DNA of 13,774 nucleotides from a virus (Duplodnaviria; Heunggongvirae; Uroviricota; Caudoviricetes): IMG/VR virus record IMGVR_UViG_2778261448_000011, positions 1 to 13,774 of that record; one strand, 5' to 3'. Shown piece by piece: positions 1 to 7,203 of this stretch (position 1 is its first letter; each line of letters starts with the position of its first letter). The notes under the pieces were generated by a model. It saw only the letters and a program-made list of their open reading frames with translations, ran no database searches and was not told where the DNA came from. The position numbers and the translations under genes were made by a program.

Positions 1-1083
1 TCACTTCTCAACATCGCGCGAAAGCTGACTCAGGGAGATAACAGGCGTTTTCAGGTCTTTCGCCATCGCCTTCAGGCTTCCGGAGATGTGAGCAATTGCG
101 AGGTCGTTGCGATCTGCTTTCGGCTTCTCAATCAGGCCAAGATAATCCGCCATGATGAGTGACAGGTTTGGATTTTCCTGTTTGTGCCGTTCTGCGATTG
201 AGCGAATTTCTTCGACCGATAACCGCGAGTCATCGACTACCCATACATCCAAATCTGCAAGCTGACTCATGCCGTTAGCAACACGCGCCCAGCCTTCGTC
301 ATCCATCGATGCTGGATTTCGCAGCACGCTAACCGACATCCTCCCGGCGTTGGCAATGCTCCGCTCTGCAATCTGCAATGCGCTCATTTCCATCGAGAAA
401 ATCAACACTCCGCGCCGGACGTCAGAACCAGGAATAACGCGGCTTGCAACGCCTTCGGCAATCTTCAGCGCCAGTTCGGTTTTCCCCATGCCAGGACGAG
501 CAGCGATTATCACCAGGTCTTCCGCGTTCATCCCTCCGGTGATAGCGTCAAGTTCTTCGATTCCGGTCTTCAGGGTATCTGACTCTTCTCCGTTCCTCAG
601 ACGCCTGTCAAGCGTGTCAGTGTAGTCAGTTATGATTTCCCCTAACCGTACCGGTTTAACCTCGTCACGGGGCTTTCTGATGGCTGAGAGACGCTTTACA
701 AGCTCATCCATCGCCTGACTCGATGTATCGATGGTTCCGCTCTGAATTGGTTCACGCATTTCATCCATGATTTCCAGCACCAGACGGCGGTGATAGTTAT
801 CCGCGACCATTCCGGCATATCCCTTCAGGTTTGCGGCACTCGGGCAGTTTTTGCTGGTCATCAGGATTGACGTGAAATGCTCCTCTCCGCACGCCTCGGC
901 AACCATCAGCGCGTCGATTAGGTTTCTGTTTCTCGCCTGCTTGCGGATAACCTCGAAGGCTTTCCTGTAGAGCGGAATTGAAAACGCTTCCGGCTCCAGC
1001 GTTGCCAGAACGTCGCTGGCGGTTGGTGTTAATCCACCAATCAGCAGTCCACCGATAACGCTCGCTTCGATATCCTGTTTCAT
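1..1083 (-). CDS. DnaB-family replicative helicase (P22 gp12-like), ending about 75-90 aa short of a full-length DnaB
   Basis: 360-aa ORF with DnaB N-terminal domain, Walker A ARPGMGKT and H3/H4-like SQLSR near the C-terminus; TGA at 1-3. Start overlaps the O-like stop (ATGCA coupling at 1080-1083). Confidence 0.8.
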   Translation of the reverse strand: MKQDIEASVIGGLLIGGLTPTASDVLATLEPEAFSIPLYRKAFEVIRKQARNRNLIDALMVAEACGEEHFTSILMTSKNCPSAANLKGYAGMVADNYHRRLVLEIMDEMREPIQSGTIDTSSQAMDELVKRLSAIRKPRDEVKPVRLGEIITDYTDTLDRRLRNGEESDTLKTGIEELDAITGGMNAEDLVIIAARPGMGKTELALKIAEGVASRVIPGSDVRRGVLIFSMEMSALQIAERSIANAGRMSVSVLRNPASMDDEGWARVANGMSQLADLDVWVVDDSRLSVEEIRSIAERHKQENPNLSLIMADYLGLIEKPKADRNDLAIAHISGSLKAMAKDLKTPVISLSQLSRDVEK

Positions 1084-2027
1084 GCAATCCCCCTGTCTGC
1101 AAACTTCCCTTCCCGTACTCCCGTTAACGAATCTTCCCTCAGCAGGTAATCAAAATCTGCCGTCCAGCCCGTGTCGTTGTCTCCGAAGTAAAACGGCTTG
1201 GCCTGATGCACAAACGCCCTGACATACGCTCTGAAACCGTCCACGTTTGGCGTTTTCAGTTGCGGAATGATTTTCTTCAGGCGACGTTTGCGTTTCTCGT
1301 TGACCGCAACAGCGTGTGGCAGTCTGTCACCGACTTCGGTGTTGTAGGCATTCAGGAAGGATTCATAGTCGATTCGTTCTGCCTTGCGACGTTCAGGTTT
1401 AACCTGCCCATCGCCTCCCCCATTGGGGGGTAGGGGGGTATTATTTATATTCTTGTTAATACCTTCTTGTTCATGATGTGCGGTTGTTTGTGCGGCTTCA
1501 TGTGCGCTTTCATGTGCGGCATGTGCGCTGAAAGCCGCGCCATTACTGGCTTCGTCATGTGCGGCATCATGTGCGGTTGTTTGTGCGGCTTCATGTGCGG
1601 GTAAATTGTCCATTTTTTGAGCATATTCATGGTAATTTGTGATGGTTATCACACGACCTTTTTGCTTCTCTCCATCAATGGAGATCATCCCCTCTTTCAC
1701 AAAAACCTGAAGCATCCGCTCAACCTGATCACGGCTTGCTGGCTTGCCATGCCTGTCGCATAACTGAAGACCTAAATCAGCTGCTGTCACAACCAGTTGA
1801 CCGGGTTGCAGATGCCATTCATGACCTTTGAAATTCGCTTTGTATGGCTTTCTGGCGGCATTCAGGAGAAGGTTTTCCCACAGGGTGCGAAGATAAACAT
1901 CTTTCGCCCATGACTGTTTCAGAATGCTCCGGTACAACGGAATGTAACCAGTTTTCTGGTTCTCCATCCTGTTGCTCCTGCGCTCGTGTGCGGCGCTGAA
2001 ATCGTAGATTTTTGCTGTATTGCTCAT
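1080..2027 (-). CDS. Replication initiator, lambda O-like (replisome organizer)
   Basis: 315 aa immediately downstream of cII-like; gene contains an iteron array plus AT-rich tract as in lambda O; His/Ala-rich repetitive linker and Pro/Gly linker encoded by the repeats; RBS-like aaggcagg upstream of ATG 2027. Confidence 0.8.
   Translation of the reverse strand: MSNTAKIYDFSAAHERRSNRMENQKTGYIPLYRSILKQSWAKDVYLRTLWENLLLNAARKPYKANFKGHEWHLQPGQLVVTAADLGLQLCDRHGKPASRDQVERMLQVFVKEGMISIDGEKQKGRVITITNYHEYAQKMDNLPAHEAAQTTAHDAAHDEASNGAAFSAHAAHESAHEAAQTTAHHEQEGINKNINNTPLPPNGGGDGQVKPERRKAERIDYESFLNAYNTEVGDRLPHAVAVNEKRKRRLKKIIPQLKTPNVDGFRAYVRAFVHQAKPFYFGDNDTGWTADFDYLLREDSLTGVREGKFADRGIA
1441..1601. repeat. 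Putative replication origin inside the O-like gene: iteron array plus adjacent AT-rich tract
   Basis: About 9 copies of the motif (c)aTGTGCGG in two clusters (1471-1530, 1553-1601), including a 32-bp direct repeat (1475-1506 and 1568-1599); AT-rich tract ttatttatattcttgttaat at 1441-1470. Confidence 0.65.
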
Positions 2028-2029
2028 AA

Positions 2030-2302
2030 CTACCTGCCTTGACGAAAGACCTTAAGAACATCGTTAAACTGACTTACGGATATGTCTTCTTTGAGCAGCT
2101 TTTCCAGAAATGCGTTTGGAATGAACGTATATCCCTCCTCTTTTGGTAGAGACGGGAGCAACGCCCTCGCCTCAGCCTTCAGAAGCTCAGTTCTGGCAAC
2201 TTTCACAAAAGAGATTTGAGTTCTTTCATCAATGGAACGAAGGAAGCGCAAACGCTTAGCTTCTTTGTGTGTATCAGGTGGATTAAAGCCTTTGTTTCGC
2301 AT
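2030..2302 (-). CDS. Hypothetical protein (90 aa) between cII-like and the O-like gene
   Basis: The six-frame ORF 2030-2467 overlaps cII in another frame; the internal ATG at 2302 has RBS gaggt with about 6-7 nt spacing and lies just after the cII stop. Stop is 2 nt before the O start. Confidence 0.5.
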   Translation of the reverse strand: MRNKGFNPPDTHKEAKRLRFLRSIDERTQISFVKVARTELLKAEARALLPSLPKEEGYTFIPNAFLEKLLKEDISVSQFNDVLKVFRQGR

Positions 2303-2324
2303 ATAATTACCTCGTTGGATGTTG

Positions 2325-2621
2325 TTAAAATTCCATTTGTATTTGATCAGAACGCTCGGTTGCCGCCGGGCGTTTTTTATTGGTGAGTCCATCAAGCGCA
2401 TACTTAAAAGCCCTGCTAATCGGACTGATATCTGATGCCATTCCGAAAGCACACAAGACCGAGGCAATAAATCTCCAGTCCGTTCTGCTTATCTTCGATT
2501 CATGACAGCCAATCATCTTTGCCAGACCGCGCTGGGTAAGCGTTGACAGGTTGATGAGTAAATCTGTTTCTGCGCGATCAACGTCGCGCTGTGATAGTTT
2601 GCTGTAACTTGTTTGTTCCAT
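2325..2621 (-). CDS. cII: CII-like transcriptional activator
   Basis: 98 aa; C-terminus TNKKRPAATERSDQIQMEF is near-identical to my recollection of lambda CII; HTH-like SKISR segment; sits directly after cro and nutR. N-terminal two thirds diverge from lambda. Confidence 0.75.
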   Translation of the reverse strand: MEQTSYSKLSQRDVDRAETDLLINLSTLTQRGLAKMIGCHESKISRTDWRFIASVLCAFGMASDISPISRAFKYALDGLTNKKRPAATERSDQIQMEF

Positions 2622-2640
2622 TTCTTACTATTTCCATAGG
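2599..2640 (+). promoter_or_regulatory. Putative pRE-like CII-dependent promoter (TTGC-N6-TTGT) overlapping the cII 5' end
   Basis: TTGC (2599-2602), 6 nt, TTGT (2609-2612), antisense to the cII start; architecture parallels lambda pRE, whose TTGC-N6-TTGC straddles the cII ATG. The -10 is not confidently identified. Confidence 0.35.
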
Positions 2641-2686
2641 TAAATAATCACTAATACTCATTTTTCGATGAGTGCTTAATTAGTTA

Positions 2687-2720
2687 CCGCGTTGTCGGCG
2701 GTGCAGATTGATAAAGAGCG
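2687..2720 (-). promoter_or_regulatory. nutR: boxA plus P22-type boxB
   Basis: On the minus strand, CGCTCTTTA (boxA) followed by CCGCCGACAACGCGG, a 5-bp stem with GACAA pentaloop, directly downstream of the cro stop. Confidence 0.6.
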
Positions 2721-2727
2721 GTGTTAC

Positions 2728-2928
2728 TTATGCAGTTGTTTTTTTGTTGCTTGGGAAGGGCTTTATTTCTTCCGCATAAACGCTTCCATCAGCGTTTATA
2801 GTTAAAAAAATATTTCGGCCTGCATGAATGGCCTTGTTGATCGCGCTTTGATATACGCCGAGATCTTTAGCCGTCTTGGTTTGACCAAAGCGCATTGCAT
2901 AATCTTTCAGGGTTATGCGTTGTTCCAT
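2728..2928 (-). CDS. cro: Cro repressor
   Basis: 66 aa [38 protein letters not shown]..., matching lambda Cro apart from about two substitutions (from memory). Confidence 0.95.
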   Translation of the reverse strand: MEQRITLKDYAMRFGQTKTAKDLGVYQSAINKAIHAGRNIFLTINADGSVYAEEIKPFPSNKKTTA

Positions 2929-2954
2929 ACAACCTCCTTAGTACATGCAATCAT

Positions 2955-3018
2955 TATCACCGCTAGAGGTAAAATAGTCAACACGCACGGTGTTAGATAT
3001 TTATCCCTTGCGGTGATA
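2955..3018. promoter_or_regulatory. OR operators OR1-OR2-OR3 with divergent pR (minus) and pRM (plus)
   Basis: OR1 tatcaccgctagaggta (2955-2971), OR2 caacacgcacggtgtta (2979-2995), OR3 tatcccttgcggtgata (3002-3018). pR -35 ttgact and -10 gataat on the minus strand; pRM -10 tagatt (3017-3022) gives a leaderless cI start at 3029. Confidence 0.9.
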
Positions 3019-3025
3019 GATTTAA

Positions 3026-3742
<717 letters not shown>

Positions 3743-3959
3743 TGTGATAGAGATCATTATTCAATTCGATTGAGAAAAATCATCATAAAGTTTATATCCA
3801 TTTATTAGATTTTATGTGTATAAATAGTTAAAAATGTACGATGTAGAGATATTTGTGCTTAACATCAATTAATCATTGCTAAATCGTGCTTATTGTTCAG
3901 AAATTGCCCAAATTATATTGAAAATCTGTTGGCGAACACCTATATAAGGAGTATAGTTA

Positions 3960-4322
3960 GTGACCCAAAACGTATTGCCAATCAACAAGAGCTTGCATGA
4001 CCGAGCTGTTGATGAATTTAATCGTCTGCATGGAACAATGATTGGCGAGATTAGCGCAATGCTGAAAACAGCTAAAGTAGCGCCACTGGTGGATCTCCGT
4101 AAGAAAGATCCTACCTTCTTGAACGTTGTCGCAGAATTACGGACATTCAGAGACGTATGTAATGCTCTGATCCCGCACTTTCTTGTAGATAAGACCAGCG
4201 AAATCGCTGTCATTGATAAGTTACTTATACTGGCTAATGACCTGGCTCAAGCCATCGATGCTGACGATCCTGACGCATTGTGCGCAGCAATAGCAGCCCT
4301 TGATGTTGAGCCTTACATTTAA
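3960..4322 (+). CDS. Hypothetical protein (120 aa), first gene of a cassette in the rexAB slot
   Basis: GTG start at 3960 with RBS aggag (3947-3951); predicted helical, acidic C-terminus; no resemblance to RexA or RexB that I can see; preceded by a 217-bp AT-rich non-coding stretch. Confidence 0.6.
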   Translation: MTQNVLPINKSLHDRAVDEFNRLHGTMIGEISAMLKTAKVAPLVDLRKKDPTFLNVVAELRTFRDVCNALIPHFLVDKTSEIAVIDKLLILANDLAQAIDADDPDALCAAIAALDVEPYI

Positions 4323-4337
4323 ACGAGGGGAAAAAAA

Positions 4338-4466
4338 ATGACTAAAGCGTTTGACTATACTGCCGTTAGTAAGCTTTTGGCTGAAATGCGCGGATGTGTA
4401 GAGCGCGTTCAAAATCTACGCCGCGACTTTGAAGCTCACATCAATCATTCACAAAAAGCGGCTTGA
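4338..4466 (+). CDS. Hypothetical small protein (42 aa), second gene of the cassette
   Basis: ATG 4338 with RBS gagggg 8 nt upstream; MTKAFDYTAVSKLLAEMRGCVERVQNLRRDFEAHINHSQKAA; not in the ORF track (below size cutoff); followed by an intrinsic terminator. Confidence 0.4.
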   Translation: MTKAFDYTAVSKLLAEMRGCVERVQNLRRDFEAHINHSQKAA

Positions 4467-4493
4467 TACTTAAGTTAGATAACAGAACCAGAA

Positions 4494-4519
4494 CCCGGCC
4501 TCAGCGCCGGGTTTTCTTT
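4494..4519 (+). terminator. Rho-independent terminator closing the cI-cassette transcript (t-imm analogue)
   Basis: Stem cccggc (4494-4499), loop ctcagc, stem gccggg (4506-4511), then ttttcttt. Confidence 0.7.
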
Positions 4520-4673
4520 GCCTCACGATCGTCCACCTAAAAAACATAATCAATTGTATTTATTGAAAAATAAATAGATACAACTCACTAAACATCGCAA
4601 TTCTGATCTCTCGATCACCCACCCCAGCAACACACCCCGGCAAAAAATAAATCTATATAAAAAACATACAGAT

Positions 4674-4736
4674 AACCATCTGCGGTGATAAATTATCTCT
4701 GGCGGTGTTGACACACATACCACTAGCGGTGATAAT
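4674..4736. promoter_or_regulatory. OL operators OL3-OL2-OL1 and pL promoter (plus strand)
   Basis: OL3 aaccatctgcggtgata (4674-4690), OL2 tatctctggcggtgttg (4694-4710), OL1 taccactagcggtgata (4718-4734); pL -35 ttgaca (4708-4713), 17-bp spacer, -10 gataat (4731-4736). Confidence 0.9.
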
Positions 4737-4781
4737 AAACACATCAGCAGGAAGCTGGAAGCCAAACGGAACAGATTGGCA

Positions 4782-4816
4782 GGCTCTTTAACTTCGATGG
4801 GGCGCTGACAAAGCGC
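4782..4816 (+). promoter_or_regulatory. nutL: boxA plus P22-type boxB
   Basis: gGCTCTTTA (4782-4790) followed by GCGCTGACAAAGCGC (4802-4816), a 5-bp stem with GACAA loop, matching the P22 boxB-left sequence as I recall it. Confidence 0.7.
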
Positions 4817-4980
4817 AAACAGATACCAAACGAGATGGGTTTGGGATTTGATGAATGTGCAGGTCGATGCACTAACGCTTAGCGGTGAGCACCTGCCTTT
4901 GGGGCAGGATGGGTAGCCGCAATCAGGGGATCGACACCTGACATCAAATCACCAAAGCCATTTCGCATGGAGAAAAGAAA

Positions 4981-5100
4981 ATGCTGGAAATTATAACCAA
5001 CCCAATTCTCGGTGGGGCAATCATCACTTTCGCAATCGGCATCGGATTCACTATCTGGTCTGAAGTAGATGACTGGATGTGGGAGCGCAAAAACAAATAA
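4981..5100 (+). CDS. Putative small hydrophobic peptide (39 aa) in the pL leader upstream of N
   Basis: ATG 4981 with RBS ggag (4969-4972), 8 nt spacing; MLEIITNPILGGAIITFAIGIGFTIWSEVDDWMWERKNK has one predicted TM helix. Not in the ORF track (below size cutoff). Confidence 0.35.
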   Translation: MLEIITNPILGGAIITFAIGIGFTIWSEVDDWMWERKNK

Positions 5101-5140
5101 TCATCGACACACATTCATGTGTGTCTTCACGGAGGTCATC

Positions 5141-5476
5141 ATGGCGGTAATCGTGTACGGGAAATCAACATTCGCAGGAAATGCCAAAACTCGCCGTCAT
5201 GAGCGGCGCAGAAAGCTGGCTATCGAGCGTGATTCCATCTGCAACATCGTCGATTCGATCTTCGGCACAGACAGTGAGGAACCTGTTCAGGAAGCCCCGA
5301 GAAAACGTTTAAGCCTTTCTGAAAAAGCAATATCACTCGGAAGTCTTCGCTGCAAGAAGGCAGAAGAAGTCGAGCGTAAACAGAACCGTATTTACTACCG
5401 CAAGCCACGCAGTGAAATGGGTGTGACTTGTGTTGGTCGCCAGAAAATGAAATTAGGCAGCAAACCACTTATTTGA
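5141..5476 (+). CDS. N: Antitermination protein N with a P22-type arginine-rich motif
   Basis: GNAKTRRHERRRKLAIERD matches the P22 N (gp24) ARM; C-terminus GVTCVGRQKMKLGSKPLI resembles the lambda N C-terminus. Start chosen at ATG 5141 (RBS ggagg 5131-5135); the longer six-frame ORF from 5069 is an in-frame extension. Confidence 0.85.
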   Translation: MAVIVYGKSTFAGNAKTRRHERRRKLAIERDSICNIVDSIFGTDSEEPVQEAPRKRLSLSEKAISLGSLRCKKAEEVERKQNRIYYRKPRSEMGVTCVGRQKMKLGSKPLI

Positions 5477-5484
5477 GGTGATAT

Positions 5485-5850
5485 ATGGAAGAACAAGCAA
5501 ACAAGATTCTCGTAGAACTACTGCAAAAAGCCAGTAATGGAATAGACGCGGCTGTTTCATTTAGCCAGGCACAGATTCCTGATGTCATCCATCAGCTTTT
5601 GATGTGGCACGCCGTATCATCAGCTGGAATTCAGGCTATCTGTGTATTGGTGATTATAGCGTGTGTTTATCTGATGATTTTTGCATGGAATAAAGGAGGT
5701 GATGCAGATATTATTCTTTTATCACTACTTGTCACATCAGGAATAGAGATTACTTCTATTGTTGTTTTCTTCAATTATTTCGACTGGCTGAAAATTTGGC
5801 TTGCTCCAAAACTTTACCTTATCGAATATGCAGCATCATTGGTTAAGTAA
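5485..5850 (+). CDS. Small membrane protein (121 aa, two predicted TM helices) in the sieB slot
   Basis: RBS gaggtg (5475-5480) before ATG 5485; hydrophobic segments AGIQAICVLVIIACVYLMIFAW and ADIILLSLLVTSGIEITSIVVFF. Confidence 0.6.
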   Translation: MEEQANKILVELLQKASNGIDAAVSFSQAQIPDVIHQLLMWHAVSSAGIQAICVLVIIACVYLMIFAWNKGGDADIILLSLLVTSGIEITSIVVFFNYFDWLKIWLAPKLYLIEYAASLVK

Positions 5851-5854
5851 TTTC

Positions 5855-5881
5855 AGGCCGCATAGTCGGCCTTTATTTTTG
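5855..5881 (+). terminator. Rho-independent terminator (tL1-like)
   Basis: Stem aggccg (5855-5860), loop catagt, stem cggcct (5867-5872), then ttatttttgg. Confidence 0.6.
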
Positions 5882-5999
5882 GCATAAACAACAGAATAAA
5901 CACTGCACTGTGTATTCATTCCAACGAGTGAATACACGGAGCAATGTCGCTCGTAACTAAACAGGAGCCGACTTGTTCTGATTATTGGAAATCTTCTTT

Positions 6000-6027
6000 G
6001 CCCTCCAGTGTGAGGGCAATTTTTTTG
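6000..6027 (+). terminator. Second rho-independent terminator, directly abutting the next gene's RBS
   Basis: Stem gccctc (6000-6005), loop cagtgt, stem gagggc (6012-6017), then aattttttt (6018-6027). Confidence 0.55.
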
Positions 6028-6038
6028 ACGGAGGAATT

Positions 6039-6455
6039 ATGGAAATTACAGATATTCTGGTTAATCCAGATAATTACGACCAATTCAATATCTCTACTCA
6101 ATCAGTTGATTTGGGTTGTGCAACTGTCAGCGCATGGCTACTTAATGGTAAACAGTTGGATAAATGCCTTGATGCACATATGACGGTTAACAGCTTCCTT
6201 GCAGAAAAGACACACTGGCAAGATGCTGGAGGGAAATATGCTGGATGGCTTGAAAGCATGGGATTTGAATATCAATCTGATGAAGGTTGGTGGAGCCTTA
6301 TAGCTGTAACTCCTGAGACAATAGAATGCTTCGTTAAATACTCAAACGACGATGACTATAAACACCAGGTGGATTCTGCGATAGAAAGATACAAAAGAAA
6401 ATCGTTCAACCACGAAATATCATCAGTTCTTGATTTCATAGAAATCTTCAAATAA
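6039..6455 (+). CDS. Hypothetical protein (138 aa) in the ral/ea10 slot
   Basis: ATG 6039 with RBS ggagg (6030-6034); the six-frame ORF from 5985 would run through the terminator hairpin, so the internal start is preferred. No motif recognised. Confidence 0.6.
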   Translation: MEITDILVNPDNYDQFNISTQSVDLGCATVSAWLLNGKQLDKCLDAHMTVNSFLAEKTHWQDAGGKYAGWLESMGFEYQSDEGWWSLIAVTPETIECFVKYSNDDDYKHQVDSAIERYKRKSFNHEISSVLDFIEIFK

Positions 6456-6538
6456 GCCGCCAAGCGCGGCTTTACCGCATACCAATAATGCTTCACGAGA
6501 GGCATTCTCGTTATGCAATCAAATATAAGGAGTTACCC

Positions 6539-6673
6539 ATGATGCACTTTCAGCTCGCGGGTAGCGGCGTCATGTCCGCTTTCTACCAGCACGAATCTGA
6601 ATTATCACGCCGAGTTAAACAATTAATCAGAGCAGCAAAGAAACAACTGGAGGCGTTATGCGCAATGAAATAG
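6539..6673 (+). CDS. cIII: CIII-like protein (putative FtsH inhibitor)
   Basis: 44 aa from ATG 6539 (RBS aggag 6528-6532); ...QLAGSGV...HESELSRRVKQLIRAAKKQL has the same pattern as the lambda CIII core; sits immediately before a Kil-like ORF as in lambda. Confidence 0.5.
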   Translation: MMHFQLAGSGVMSAFYQHESELSRRVKQLIRAAKKQLEALCAMK

Positions 6674-6810
6674 CCATTAATCACCAGATGCTTCGTGCTG
6701 CACAGAACAAAGCAGTAATAGCCCGATTTATTGGTGATTCAAAAATGTGGCTTGAAGCAAATAAAGCGATGAAATCAGCTATCAACCTTCCGTGGTATCG
6801 CAGGAAATGA
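6658..6810 (+). CDS. kil: Kil-like small protein (50 aa)
   Basis: ATG 6658 with RBS ggagg (6649-6653); overlaps the cIII-like 3' end as kil does in lambda; motif ARFIGDSKMW recalls lambda Kil FIGDEKM (from memory, uncertain). Not in the ORF track. Confidence 0.4.
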   Translation: MRNEIAINHQMLRAAQNKAVIARFIGDSKMWLEANKAMKSAINLPWYRRK

Positions 6811-6891
6811 GTTTTACAGATAACTGGTCAGACGAAGAATTCATTCGTCAGATGAACAAAATGCTCAATCAGCACAAAGAACAGGAGAAAG

Positions 6892-7203
6892 ATGATGATT
6901 CTGACTCTGAATGATAAGCGTGAAATATCGCAAATAATCGCAAGTTTTACTGATGAAGATTACGAGCGAATCAACAGTGAAGTTGATCGCCTCTGCAAAC
7001 GTTGCGACCCAATAAGCGAAATGCTTCGCTCATATAAACCAGATGAACACACTAAGGACGCTATCGACTGGCTGGAAGATGATGACTGTAACTATCAGGA
7101 AAAAGCCGCTGAATGGTTCTGGGATGCAATAACCGAAAGAGTTAAGGCTGAATATGCCTTCGCAATATTCAAACGCAGACACATTTTTGGAGAATCAGCA
7201 TGA
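6892..7203 (+). CDS. Hypothetical acidic protein (103 aa) in the gam/abc slot upstream of recT
   Basis: RBS aggag (6883-6887) before ATG 6892; stop overlaps the recT start (ATGA at 7200-7203); no similarity to lambda Gam seen. Confidence 0.55.
   Translation: MMILTLNDKREISQIIASFTDEDYERINSEVDRLCKRCDPISEMLRSYKPDEHTKDAIDWLEDDDCNYQEKAAEWFWDAITERVKAEYAFAIFKRRHIFGESA

Noticed and set aside
269-625. 118-aa plus-strand ORF
   Set aside because: Entirely antisense to the DnaB-family helicase gene, with no RBS seen; frame artefact.
797-1102. 101-aa minus-strand ORF
   Set aside because: Alternative frame inside the helicase gene, Arg/Gly-rich low-complexity translation.
1445-1630. 61-aa minus-strand ORF rich in His/Pro/Met repeats ([13 protein letters not shown]...)
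   Set aside because: It is a frame artefact of the iteron repeats and lies inside the O-like gene; the tandem repeats are origin iterons, not a CRISPR array (no regular repeat-spacer periodicity, no unique spacers of uniform length).
2030-2467. Full 145-aa extent of the six-frame ORF
   Set aside because: The N-terminal 55 codons overlap the cII-like gene in another frame; the internal ATG at 2302 with RBS is the plausible start.
2641-2686. Hairpin actcat-cgaaaa-atgagt on the minus strand downstream of nutR, considered as a tR1-type terminator
   Set aside because: No following U-tract; lambda tR1 is rho-dependent, which cannot be assessed from sequence alone, so it is not annotated.
3890-4213. 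107-aa minus-strand ORF antisense to the 120-aa cassette gene
   Set aside because: No Shine-Dalgarno upstream of its ATG and it opposes the operon direction; the plus-strand ORF has a strong RBS.
4550-4765. 71-aa minus-strand ORF spanning OL and an AT-rich palindrome (tatttattgaaaaataaata)
   Set aside because: Covers the operator and promoter region and is Cys/Leu-rich low complexity; the palindrome is more likely a protein-binding or structural DNA site. Left unannotated.
5069-5140. N-terminal extension of the N ORF (MTGCGSAKTNNHRHTFMCVFTEVI)
   Set aside because: No RBS at 5069, whereas ATG 5141 has ggagg at ideal spacing and yields an N of typical size.
5985-6038. Upstream extension of the 6039-6455 ORF, and the overlapping ORF 5944-6183
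   Set aside because: The extension would run through the terminator hairpin at 6000-6027 and has no RBS; ATG 6039 has a good RBS.
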